A DNA stretch of 37,632 bases from Acidobacteriota bacterium (GTDB lineage: Bacteria > Acidobacteriota > Vicinamibacteria > Fen-336): the NCBI GenBank assembly GCA_003222295.1, contig QHVP01000105.1, positions 1 to 37,632 on the forward strand. Direction: 5' to 3'. The notes beneath the pieces are model-generated. The model saw nothing but the letters and a program-made list of their open reading frames with translations, was not told where the DNA came from and made no database searches. A program made the translations under genes and the position numbers. Below are positions 8,406 to 16,389 of the stretch, piece after piece; the first letter of the stretch is position 1; each line of letters begins with the position of its first letter.

Positions 8406-9626
8406 ATGCGCGCATCCGCGGCCGAGCCCATAGAAGCCTTCCCGCCGCCGCCGGTGACGCCTCTCGCCGACGGCGCCTACCGCCTCTGCCGCCGGTGCAT
8501 CATGGACACCAGCGCGGAGGCGATCACCTTCGACGCAGATGGCGTCTGCAGCTTCTGCAAGCTCCACGACGCGCTCGACCGCTTGTACCCGGCGGGAGCG
8601 GAAGGGGAGCGGCACCTGCGCACCCATCTCGAACGCATCCGCCGCCAGGGCCGCGGGGCGCGCCACGACTGCATCCTGGGCCTCAGCGGAGGCCGCGACA
8701 GCACGTACATGCTGTACCTGGCCGTCAAGGAGTGGGGCCTCCGCCCCCTGGCCGTCCACTTCAACGACGGCTTCGACAATCCGGTGGCCGGCGAGAACAT
8801 CAAGAACGCCGTCGATCGCCTCGGTGTCCCCCTGCGGACGATCACCTCCGACTGGCGGGAGTCCAAGGACATCCGTATCGCGTTCCTGCGCGCGTCCACG
8901 CCCACGCTGGAGACGGGAACGGACCTCGGCATCTTCGCCGCCCTCTATGGCGCGGCAGCGCGAGAGGGGCTGAAGTACGTCCTCACCGCGCACTCGTTCC
9001 GCACGGAGGGGATCGCCCCGCTGACCTGGACCTATGTGGATGGCCGCTACCTCGACGCGGTGCACCGCCGCTTCGGCACCGTGCGCCGCCGGCGCTGGCG
9101 GCCCGGGGATCCCGGCTTCAACCTCGGGCTCCGCCATCTCGCGTACTACATCCTGATGCGCGGCATCCGTGCCCTCACGCCGATGTATCACGTCGACTAC
9201 GTGCGGAAGCAGGCGGAGTCCGTGATCACCCACGAGCTCGGCTGGCAGAACCCCGGAGCACACTACTTCGACGATCTCTACCAGAGCCTGCTCTGGCACG
9301 TCCATCGCGTGAAGTTCGGCATCGACAAGCGTCGCTTCAACTATTCGGCGCTCGTGCGGGCGGGGCAGCTCGGTCGCGTCGAGGCCCTGGAGCGAATCCG
9401 CCAGGTGTACTTCGTAGAGGATCCGAAATTTGTCGGTCTCTGCGTGAAGCGGCTGGGCCTCACCCCGGGCGAGCTCGAGGAGATCCTCGCCGCTCCTCCG
9501 CTCTCCTTCCGCGACTACCCGAACGACCTGCGGATCCTGGCCCTACTCGAGCCCCTCGTGTGGCTGGCCAGCCGCCTGCAGCTGGTGCCGCTCGCCACCT
9601 ACGACAAGTTCTTCCGCTGCGGCTGA
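8406..9626 (+). CDS. N-acetyl sugar amidotransferase (PP-loop ATP pyrophosphatase; WbuX/WbpG/PseA-type)
   Basis: It has an N-terminal Cys cluster (CRRCIMDTS...DADGVCSFCKLHD) followed by the PP-loop motif ILGLSGGRDSTYMLY. Length is 406 aa. The architecture matches the TIGR03573-type family as I remember it. Confidence 0.8.
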   Translation: MRASAAEPIEAFPPPPVTPLADGAYRLCRRCIMDTSAEAITFDADGVCSFCKLHDALDRLYPAGAEGERHLRTHLERIRRQGRGARHDCILGLSGGRDSTYMLYLAVKEWGLRPLAVHFNDGFDNPVAGENIKNAVDRLGVPLRTITSDWRESKDIRIAFLRASTPTLETGTDLGIFAALYGAAAREGLKYVLTAHSFRTEGIAPLTWTYVDGRYLDAVHRRFGTVRRRRWRPGDPGFNLGLRHLAYYILMRGIRALTPMYHVDYVRKQAESVITHELGWQNPGAHYFDDLYQSLLWHVHRVKFGIDKRRFNYSALVRAGQLGRVEALERIRQVYFVEDPKFVGLCVKRLGLTPGELEEILAAPPLSFRDYPNDLRILALLEPLVWLASRLQLVPLATYDKFFRCG

Positions 9627-9629
9627 GAA

Positions 9630-9666
9630 CCCTCGCCTCCGCGCCCGCGCCGGGCGCGCGCGAGGG
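9630..9666 (+). terminator. GC-rich compound hairpin downstream of the amidotransferase gene (terminator-like, weak U-tract)
   Basis: CCCTCGC (9630-9636) pairs with GCGAGGG (9660-9666). Inside, GCGCCCG (9641-9647) pairs with CGGGCGC (9651-9657). Only TT follows the hairpin. Confidence 0.35.
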
Positions 9667-9696
9667 TTGACGGCTCGCGCCGCCGAAGGGTATATT
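9667..9696 (+). promoter_or_regulatory. Sigma-70-like promoter candidate: TTGACG, 18-nt spacer, TATATT
   Basis: The -35 element is at 9667-9672 and the -10 at 9691-9696. ATG 9707 lies 11 nt after the -10, so the mRNA would be leaderless or nearly so. Confidence 0.45.
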
Positions 9697-9706
9697 CGCG
9701 CCTTTC

Positions 9707-10676
9707 ATGGCAGCCCGATCTGACATCCCCTAGCCACATCTTCATCACCGGAGGCGCCGGCTTCATCGCCTCCCACCTCATCGAGAGGCTCGTCGATCGC
9801 CATCGCATCACCATCTACGACAACCTCCACCGCAACGCGTTCCGGTACACGCGCCTGCAGGGCCACCGCAACCTGACCTTCGTCGAAGGCGACGTCCTGG
9901 ACGCGGAGAAGCTCGCCGCTTCCATGGCCGGCGCCGACACCTGCGTGCATGCGGCCGCCATCGCCGGCATCTACAGCGTCGGCAAGAAGGCCACGCTGAC
10001 CATGAAGGTGAACTTCCTCGGCTCGTATCACGCGCTGGAGGCGGCGGTGCGCAACGGCGTCCGCCGCTTCGTCGACTTCTCCACGAGCGAGGTCTACGGC
10101 CCCTTCGTGTACCGCGGCAAGGAGACGGACGAGACGACGCTGGGGCCGGTGGGGGAGAAGCGTTGGGTCTACGCCGTCAGCAAGCTCGCGGGCGAGCATT
10201 TCGCTCACTGCTACGCCGAGGAGTACGGCCTCGCCGTCACCTCCGTGCGTCCCTTCAACGTGTACGGCCCCCGCCAGATCGGAGAGGGCGCGGTACAGCA
10301 GATGGTGCGGCGGGCCCTCCGCGACGAGGACATCACCGTGTTCGACGACGGGACCCAGATCCGATCCTGGTGCTACGTGACCGACTTCGTGGACGGCCTC
10401 GAGAAGGCCCTCGTCCGCGAGGACGCCGCCAACGAGTCGTTCAACCTCGGCAACCCGCAGGCGACCATTACCGTGCTCGGCCTCGCCCAGACGATCGTGC
10501 GCATGACGGGTTCGCGCTCCCGCGTCGTGTTCAAGCCGCACCCGGGTCCCGAGGTCCAGATGCGCGTCCCCGACATCTCGAAGGCGCGCAGGCGGCTGGG
10601 TTTCGACCCCCGGGTCGGCCTCGAGGAAGGCCTGGGACGGTGCATCGAGTGGTACCGGGAGAACCCCGACGCCTAG
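9707..10676 (+). CDS. NAD-dependent epimerase/dehydratase (extended SDR), with its start region out of frame (ATG 9707 is +1 relative to the body)
   Basis: The body frame encodes IFITGGAGFIASHL (Rossmann motif, nt 9738-9779), YAVSKLAGE (YxxxK) and RPFNVYGPRQ. That frame has no ATG, GTG or TTG between the upstream stop (9624-9626) and 9924. ATG 9707 sits just after a promoter-like element but runs into TAG at 9731. Confidence 0.8.
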
Positions 10677-11597
10677 ATGAAGCTCCTCGTCGCCGGGGCG
10701 TCCGGGTTTCTCGGCCGGAACCTGCTCCTGTCGCTGCCGAGGCAGGCCGCGATTGTCGCCACCTACCGCCAATCCGCCGACTTCCCCGAGTTCCTGCGCA
10801 CGAAGGACCTGGGTCACGTGCGCGCGCTGCGCGCCGACCTGTCGCGGGTGGAGGACGCGGGGGCGGTGGGTGCCGCGGGGCCGTTCGAGGCGTGCGTCTT
10901 CCTGGCCGCCAACGGCGATCCCGCGCGCTCGGTCGAGCAGCCCGGCCTCGACCTCGCCTGGAACTGCGCCAGTCTCGTGAACGTCCTGGAGCACTGCGCC
11001 TTCGGGACCCTGGTGTTCCTGTCCTCGGGCGCGGTGTACGACGGCTTCCAGGGGAAGGTGTCGCCGCAATGCTGTCCGCGGCCAAGGCTGCCCTATGCCG
11101 TCTCCAAGCTCGCCGCCGAGCGCTATCTCGAGCACTTCCAGGACCGCGGAAAGGTCGGGCGGGCGGTGGCGGTCCGATTCTTCGGCGCCTATGGGCCCTA
11201 CGAGCCGCCGCGCAAGGTCTATACCAAGCTGGTGCGGCGGTTCGCGATGGAGGGCGCGCGGCAATTCACCATTCGCGGCGACGGGAAGAACCTGATCGAC
11301 GCCATGTACGTCTCCGACGCGGTGCGCGCCCTGCAGCTCCTGCTCGAAGCGCCGCCGGCGCCCTTCGCGGTCGTGGACCTCTGCTCCGGCCAACCCGTGA
11401 CCCTGACCGAGCTGGTGCGCGAGGCCGGCCGCGCCTTCGGCCTCGAGCCCGAGATCGCGTACGAAGGCATGGTGCCCGAGCGCATCCAGTTCCGCTCGAC
11501 CGACGGCACGATGGCGGAGAGGTACGGCTTCACTCCCGCCGTCGGGTTGGAGGAGGGTCTGAGGCTCCTCCACGACCATCTCCGGAAGGCGAGCTGA
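10677..11597 (+). CDS. NAD-dependent epimerase/dehydratase family protein (SDR)
   Basis: The ATG directly abuts the upstream TAG. Motifs seen: MKLLVAGASGFLGRNL (Rossmann), YAVSKLAAERY (YxxxK), RFFGAYGP. Confidence 0.8.
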   Translation: MKLLVAGASGFLGRNLLLSLPRQAAIVATYRQSADFPEFLRTKDLGHVRALRADLSRVEDAGAVGAAGPFEACVFLAANGDPARSVEQPGLDLAWNCASLVNVLEHCAFGTLVFLSSGAVYDGFQGKVSPQCCPRPRLPYAVSKLAAERYLEHFQDRGKVGRAVAVRFFGAYGPYEPPRKVYTKLVRRFAMEGARQFTIRGDGKNLIDAMYVSDAVRALQLLLEAPPAPFAVVDLCSGQPVTLTELVREAGRAFGLEPEIAYEGMVPERIQFRSTDGTMAERYGFTPAVGLEEGLRLLHDHLRKAS

Positions 11598-11604
11598 AGG
11601 CACG

Positions 11605-13032
11605 ATGGCCGACTCCGTCGTGATCCTCGGGGCGGGTCCCGCCGGTCTGGCTTGCGCCCATCGCATACTCCGTGACTCTGGCAAGCGGGTCGTCATCGTG
11701 GACAAGGCGCCGGTCGTCGGGGGCGCCGGGGCAAGCTTCGGCTGGAAGGGCCACACCCTGGACTATGGTCCTCACGCCTTCCACACCCGCGGCGACGAGC
11801 CGGAGCAACTCGTGCGGTCGCTGTTCGCCTCCGACCCGGAGGTCCTGCTCGAAGGGCGCAAGCAGGTGCACGTCTACCTGAAGGGAAAGCGGTTCCGGTA
11901 CCCCCTGCAGGTTCGGGAGGCCCTGCTCAAGTTCAACCCGATCCTGAGCCTTCGCATCATCGCGGAGTTCGTGATCACCTCCATCTTCCACGCGCTGGTG
12001 TCGATCCCCATCGACAACTTCGAGAACTGGGGACGCACGCGGTTCGGGGGAACCCTCTACCAGATGAGCTTCGGCGACTACACGGAAAAGGTCTGGAAGA
12101 CGAGCCCGGCCAAGATCTCGGAGAAGTTCGCCTCCGAAAAGATCCAGGGCTTCAACTTCGTGAACCTCGTGAAGCGCCTCCTGCGCATCGGCGGCCAGGT
12201 CACCGAACCCTATTACCAGACGTGGATCTACCACCGCCACGGTTCCGGCCGCATCTATGACCGGATGGCGCAGGAGATCCGGGCCCGGGGCGGGGAGATC
12301 CTCCTGGGCGCCGACATCAAGGCCATCCCCATCGACGACAAGCGCGTACGCTGCGTCTCCATCGAGCAGGGAGGCGCGCCGCGCGGGTTGCCCTGCGAAA
12401 CCCTGGTGAGCACCATCGGCCTGCCCCAGCTCGTGAAGCTGATGGGGGACGGCGTTCCTTTCTCGGTGCGCCACGCCGCTTCCAAGCTCGCCTACACCTC
12501 GCTCGTCCTCGTCTACCTGGAGTTCGACGTGGAACGGGTCAGCGACGACCACTGGTTCTACCTGCTCGAGAAGGAGTTCGCGTTCAATCGTGTCACCGAG
12601 CAGAAGAACCTGAGCCCGCACACCATGGAGCCGGGCAAGACCGTTCTCAGCCTCGAGCTCACCTGCCGCGTCGGTGACGACCTCTGGCGCAAGTCGGACG
12701 AGGAGGTCTTCGAGCTTGCCAAGCAGGACTGCCGCCGGATCCACTTCGTGCCCGTGGAGCGCATCACCGGTTACGTCGTCAAGCGCGTCCCCAACGTCTA
12801 CGAGATCTACTACAAGCACTTCGATCAGCATGCCGACGTCGTGCTCGGCCACCTCCGCGAGCTCGAAAACGTGGTGAGCATCGGGCGCCGCGGCCTTTTC
12901 CTGCAGGGCGACATGCACCAGGCGGTGGAGATGGGGCTGGCCATGGGTTCGCTCCTCGCCGCCGAGACCCCGGATCGTGACGGCGTGCGGCGCTTCTACG
13001 AGCGCTACGTCCGTTACGTCGACCACAACTAG
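11605..13032 (+). CDS. FAD-dependent oxidoreductase (amine-oxidase / UDP-galactopyranose-mutase-like fold)
   Basis: It has the N-terminal dinucleotide-binding motif VVILGAGPAGLACA...VVIVDKAPVVGG, followed by DYGPHAFHT. Length is 475 aa. The exact activity cannot be told from the sequence. Confidence 0.7.
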   Translation: MADSVVILGAGPAGLACAHRILRDSGKRVVIVDKAPVVGGAGASFGWKGHTLDYGPHAFHTRGDEPEQLVRSLFASDPEVLLEGRKQVHVYLKGKRFRYPLQVREALLKFNPILSLRIIAEFVITSIFHALVSIPIDNFENWGRTRFGGTLYQMSFGDYTEKVWKTSPAKISEKFASEKIQGFNFVNLVKRLLRIGGQVTEPYYQTWIYHRHGSGRIYDRMAQEIRARGGEILLGADIKAIPIDDKRVRCVSIEQGGAPRGLPCETLVSTIGLPQLVKLMGDGVPFSVRHAASKLAYTSLVLVYLEFDVERVSDDHWFYLLEKEFAFNRVTEQKNLSPHTMEPGKTVLSLELTCRVGDDLWRKSDEEVFELAKQDCRRIHFVPVERITGYVVKRVPNVYEIYYKHFDQHADVVLGHLRELENVVSIGRRGLFLQGDMHQAVEMGLAMGSLLAAETPDRDGVRRFYERYVRYVDHN

Positions 13033-13034
13033 GA

Positions 13035-15368
13035 ATGGCCACCGCCGGCCTGTTCCTGGCCGTCGTCCTCGTGGCCGGCCTCTGCGGCTACGGGATCGTG
13101 AGCCTGCTCCTGCCCGAGGAGTACCGGGACGAGTTCGCCCTGCTGCTGATGCCGCCCGTCGGGTACTGCTTCTACTCGTGGGTCGCCTTCGACGTGTCGG
13201 GCAGCTTTGTGCTTCCCGGATACGACGTCACGATCATCGCCCTCGCCGTCGTCGCGTTTCTCGGCCTGGCCTCCCTCGTGCACCGGCGCCCCACGATGGC
13301 CATGGTGCGCGGCCTCTGGCCGACGCTGCCGGTCAGCCTCGCCGCCACCGCGATCGGACTCTGGCCCCTCTTCGCCGTGGGCGCGACGACCTTCCTCGGA
13401 GCCGTGAACCCCGACTACACCGCGACCCTGGTCGACCTCCACTACCTGGAAACGCACCCCGTGCAGGCGGCGCCTCCCTCCCGGACGCAGTACACCTATT
13501 CCTACTTCCATAACGTCATGGGCGGCATCGGCGTCGCCGCGCGTTTCGGATGCTCCTACTTCGTGATGATGGTGCGCGCGCTGCTCGGGCTCCCGCACCG
13601 TACCGCACTCACCGTGTGCATCGGCCTGTTCCTCTTCTGCATGTCGCCCTCGGTCTATTTCATGGCGCGGGTGGCCTTCGGGCTTCGCCGGAGGGCGGCC
13701 CTGATCGCGGCCGCCCTCATCATGCTCCTGAGCCCGGTCACCATGAGCTTCGTCTACTCCTACGTTGGCCAGAACTCGGGCCTGGGGGTTCTGCCCGCCG
13801 TGATCACGCTGGCCTACGTCGCGGTGCGCCGGCCGGGTTTCCGCACCGTCCTCCTGGCCACGCTGATGGTGAACGGCCTCTACGTCATGTACACGGCCAT
13901 GGTGCCGTACGTGCTGGCCCCCGTGGGCGTCGTCGCCGTCTACCTCCTGCTGACGCGCCGCCTCCGCTGGCGTGCGGCCGTCGGCATGGCCGCCGGGTTC
14001 GTGGCCGTGAGCCTCGTCCTCAACTGGGGCCTCCTGCCGTTCCTGGGGCGGGCCTTCAAGGGCTGGAACCGCCTCGTGACCCAGACCCTCCAGGGGCAAT
14101 ACTTCATCGACTTCCTGACCGAGCAATTCCTGCCCCTCTTTCTGGGGCTCATCAGCTACCCGACGAGCGCCTCCCTCTACGCACCGTACCTGACCGACAA
14201 GGGCCGCCTCCTCCTGTACTTCGTCACGGCCACCGTGATCGTCACCATGGTTGCGGTCTTCGTACGCTGGGCCCGCAGGCAACCCGATAGGCCGGCGGCG
14301 GCCCTGGCTCTCGCCTCCGCCACCATCTATTCAATCGTCTGGTACACGTATACCTTCCGGCGGCCCTACGGCTACGCGCTCTTCAAGATGTGCTCGTGGC
14401 TGCAGTTCGTCTACGTGATGCCCCTCGCCTACGCGCTCGACGAGGCTTCGGGATGGGGCCTCGCCCGCCGCGGAATCCGCCGCTGGGCCACGCGGGCCGT
14501 GTGGCCGATCTGCGTGTTCGTGCTCTTCGCGGATGCCATCTCCACCGCCCACCTGTCGCGCCTGAGCCTTGGCCACGACACCCGGCGGGGGATGATCGTC
14601 AATCTCTACGAGATGTCCGGGAACAACGACTACCTGGAGCTGGCGGACGAGGTGGGACGCCGCGTGGGCCCGCTCCGCTCGGTAGGGATGAGCTTCGTCG
14701 ACTCGATCCAGAACGAGTGGGTCGGCTACTACCTTCGCGACCTGCGCACGTCCCTCTTGGGTCACTACATCATCCCCGCCGACGACGAGAACCTGCCCAG
14801 CATCATCTCGCGCTGGGTGACCGACTACTACGGGAACGGAAACGTGGACTTCAATTACTACTTCCACGGTGCCACCGACGACTACTACCTGACCTGGAGC
14901 GACCGCCACCTGAACCGCGACATCGTGGAGCGCGACCTGCCCCCGCCGATGTGGGAGAACGGGACCTTCCGCCTGCAGCGCGCGGCCGACTGTCCGGGAT
15001 TCATCTTCACGGGGCGCGGCTGGTACCGCCTCGAGTTCCGCCACACCTGGGACTGGTGGTGGCCGGACCGCTTCCGGTGGACGGCGGAAGGCGGCGAGAT
15101 CTACATGCTTCGCGGCAAGGCCGGCCAGCCCTATCGCCTGTCCTTCTATGGGATCGTCGGCCACGGTCTCCGGAGCGAGAGCCGCACCGTCGAGCTGTGG
15201 ATGAACACCCGGAAGTTCGACGAGCTGACGATCACGGCGGCGGCGCGCGTCGTGTCCAAGCCCTTCTATCCGAGCGGTGGTGCCGATCGCCTCGTCATCC
15301 GCGTCAAGGAGCGCGTGCAGCCGCAGGCGGCGACTACCGCCGCCTCAACCTCCTGGTCGCGGGGGTGA
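13035..15368 (+). CDS. Large polytopic membrane protein with an extracytoplasmic C-terminal domain (candidate GT-C-type glycosyltransferase or polymerase). It probably continues into 15365-15796 after a frame change.
   Basis: The first ~480 aa contain more than 10 hydrophobic segments. These are followed by a soluble Trp/Tyr-rich region (GWYRLEFRHTWDWWWPDRFRWTAEGGEIYML). I recognised no family-specific catalytic motif. Confidence 0.7.
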   Translation: MATAGLFLAVVLVAGLCGYGIVSLLLPEEYRDEFALLLMPPVGYCFYSWVAFDVSGSFVLPGYDVTIIALAVVAFLGLASLVHRRPTMAMVRGLWPTLPVSLAATAIGLWPLFAVGATTFLGAVNPDYTATLVDLHYLETHPVQAAPPSRTQYTYSYFHNVMGGIGVAARFGCSYFVMMVRALLGLPHRTALTVCIGLFLFCMSPSVYFMARVAFGLRRRAALIAAALIMLLSPVTMSFVYSYVGQNSGLGVLPAVITLAYVAVRRPGFRTVLLATLMVNGLYVMYTAMVPYVLAPVGVVAVYLLLTRRLRWRAAVGMAAGFVAVSLVLNWGLLPFLGRAFKGWNRLVTQTLQGQYFIDFLTEQFLPLFLGLISYPTSASLYAPYLTDKGRLLLYFVTATVIVTMVAVFVRWARRQPDRPAAALALASATIYSIVWYTYTFRRPYGYALFKMCSWLQFVYVMPLAYALDEASGWGLARRGIRRWATRAVWPICVFVLFADAISTAHLSRLSLGHDTRRGMIVNLYEMSGNNDYLELADEVGRRVGPLRSVGMSFVDSIQNEWVGYYLRDLRTSLLGHYIIPADDENLPSIISRWVTDYYGNGNVDFNYYFHGATDDYYLTWSDRHLNRDIVERDLPPPMWENGTFRLQRAADCPGFIFTGRGWYRLEFRHTWDWWWPDRFRWTAEGGEIYMLRGKAGQPYRLSFYGIVGHGLRSESRTVELWMNTRKFDELTITAAARVVSKPFYPSGGADRLVIRVKERVQPQAATTAASTSWSRG

Positions 15369-15796
15369 AGGTGCTCCCGCCGGAGGAGCCGGTGCCGAAG
15401 CCTCGGACTCACGAGCTGCGCGACGAGGCGTTCTTCCGGGAAAGCTATTCCTTCGACGGCCTGCAGCCCAACCGGTGGGTCGGGCGGTCGATGGCGATCG
15501 CCCTCGAGCGCCCGGAGTGGGCCCGTCGTGCCGCGCTCTCGATCTTCGTCCCTGGGGTCCCACAGTTCCACTTTCCCTTCACCGTCCGAACGACCATCGA
15601 TGGCCAGCGGCGGGACCTCGTCGTCCCCCGGCCGGGGTTCTTCTCGACCACGCTGCCACTGGGGCCGGCGCGGCCGGATGGCATCGTGGAGTTGCGCACG
15701 GCGACGGATGAGGACTACGTCCCGGAGGGGGCCGACATGGAGAGCCATCCCGCCCGCTACAGCTTCCGCCTCGAGCTCCTTGGCCTGCGGCCTTGA
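15365..15796 (+). CDS. C-terminal continuation of the 13035 membrane protein (frame-shifted), or a separate 143-aa protein starting at GTG 15365
   Basis: G/C third-position content is high and the translation is protein-like (FRESYSFDGLQPNRWVGRSMAIALERPEW...). GTG 15365 overlaps the upstream TGA (GTGA). The coding-like sequence in this frame already begins upstream, at about 15329 (GDYRRLNLLVAG). Confidence 0.5.
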   Translation: MKVLPPEEPVPKPRTHELRDEAFFRESYSFDGLQPNRWVGRSMAIALERPEWARRAALSIFVPGVPQFHFPFTVRTTIDGQRRDLVVPRPGFFSTTLPLGPARPDGIVELRTATDEDYVPEGADMESHPARYSFRLELLGLRP

Positions 15797-16389
15797 CCTT
15801 GCGACGCTTTCGGCGCGCGCCCGCCCGGCCCCTCGCGCTCGCCGCGGCCTTGCTCACCGCGGCCTGTGGCAGCCGCTATCACGTGGCCGAGTGCCCAGGG
15901 GACGCGATCCCCGACCCACGGGAGTTGCAGCGCCGGCCGGGATTCGACCGGCTCCGTTACTTCCGCGGGACCGACCGGCCCACCGATCAGGTCGACTACG
16001 AGATCTGGGCGGACGGCCAGTTCGAGTTCACGGCCACCCTCACCTACCACTATCCGGCCAGCGGCGGCCACCGGAGCGACTGTGCACGCGCGGCGGCCCT
16101 CACCGTGAAGCGGCCACTGTCCGACGCGGCAAGGGAGCTCCAAAAGGAGTTCATCGGTGTCTTCGCCAGGCATCTCGGCCGCGATCTCGCGGTGGTGGCC
16201 CTGACCGCGGCCGCCTACGAGGCCATGGAGGGAGACGGCTTTCTCCAGTCACAGGCCCGCTCGTGGGGGCCTCTGGTGAGCGAGGTTGTGGGAGTCGATA
16301 GCTACCACCGCGGAGAGTTCGTCACCGTCGCATTCTACGAACCGGACTACTACCGGTCGGCGCGACCGGTCCTGAACGCCTCCCCGTGA
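15793..16389 (+). CDS. Hypothetical secreted protein or lipoprotein
   Basis: TTG start overlapping the upstream stop (TTGA). The signal-like N-terminus RRFRRAPARPLALAAALLTAACGS contains a lipobox-like TAAC. I recognised no family. Confidence 0.55.
   Translation: MTLRRFRRAPARPLALAAALLTAACGSRYHVAECPGDAIPDPRELQRRPGFDRLRYFRGTDRPTDQVDYEIWADGQFEFTATLTYHYPASGGHRSDCARAAALTVKRPLSDAARELQKEFIGVFARHLGRDLAVVALTAAAYEAMEGDGFLQSQARSWGPLVSEVVGVDSYHRGEFVTVAFYEPDYYRSARPVLNASP

Noticed and set aside
9705-11756. 683-aa minus-strand ORF spanning both SDR genes
   Set aside because: It lies antisense to two genes with clear Rossmann and YxxxK motifs. Its composition is low-complexity (Arg/Gly/Ala/His/Glu) and it has no recognisable domain.
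11530-14282. 498-aa and 417-aa minus-strand ORFs (11530-13026, 13029-14282). Similar ones occur at 8352-9305, 19218-20759, 25079-26404 and 31519-32547.
   Set aside because: All lie antisense to, or out of frame with, genes that carry clear family motifs. Their composition is His/Arg/Gly/Glu-rich and they lack motifs.
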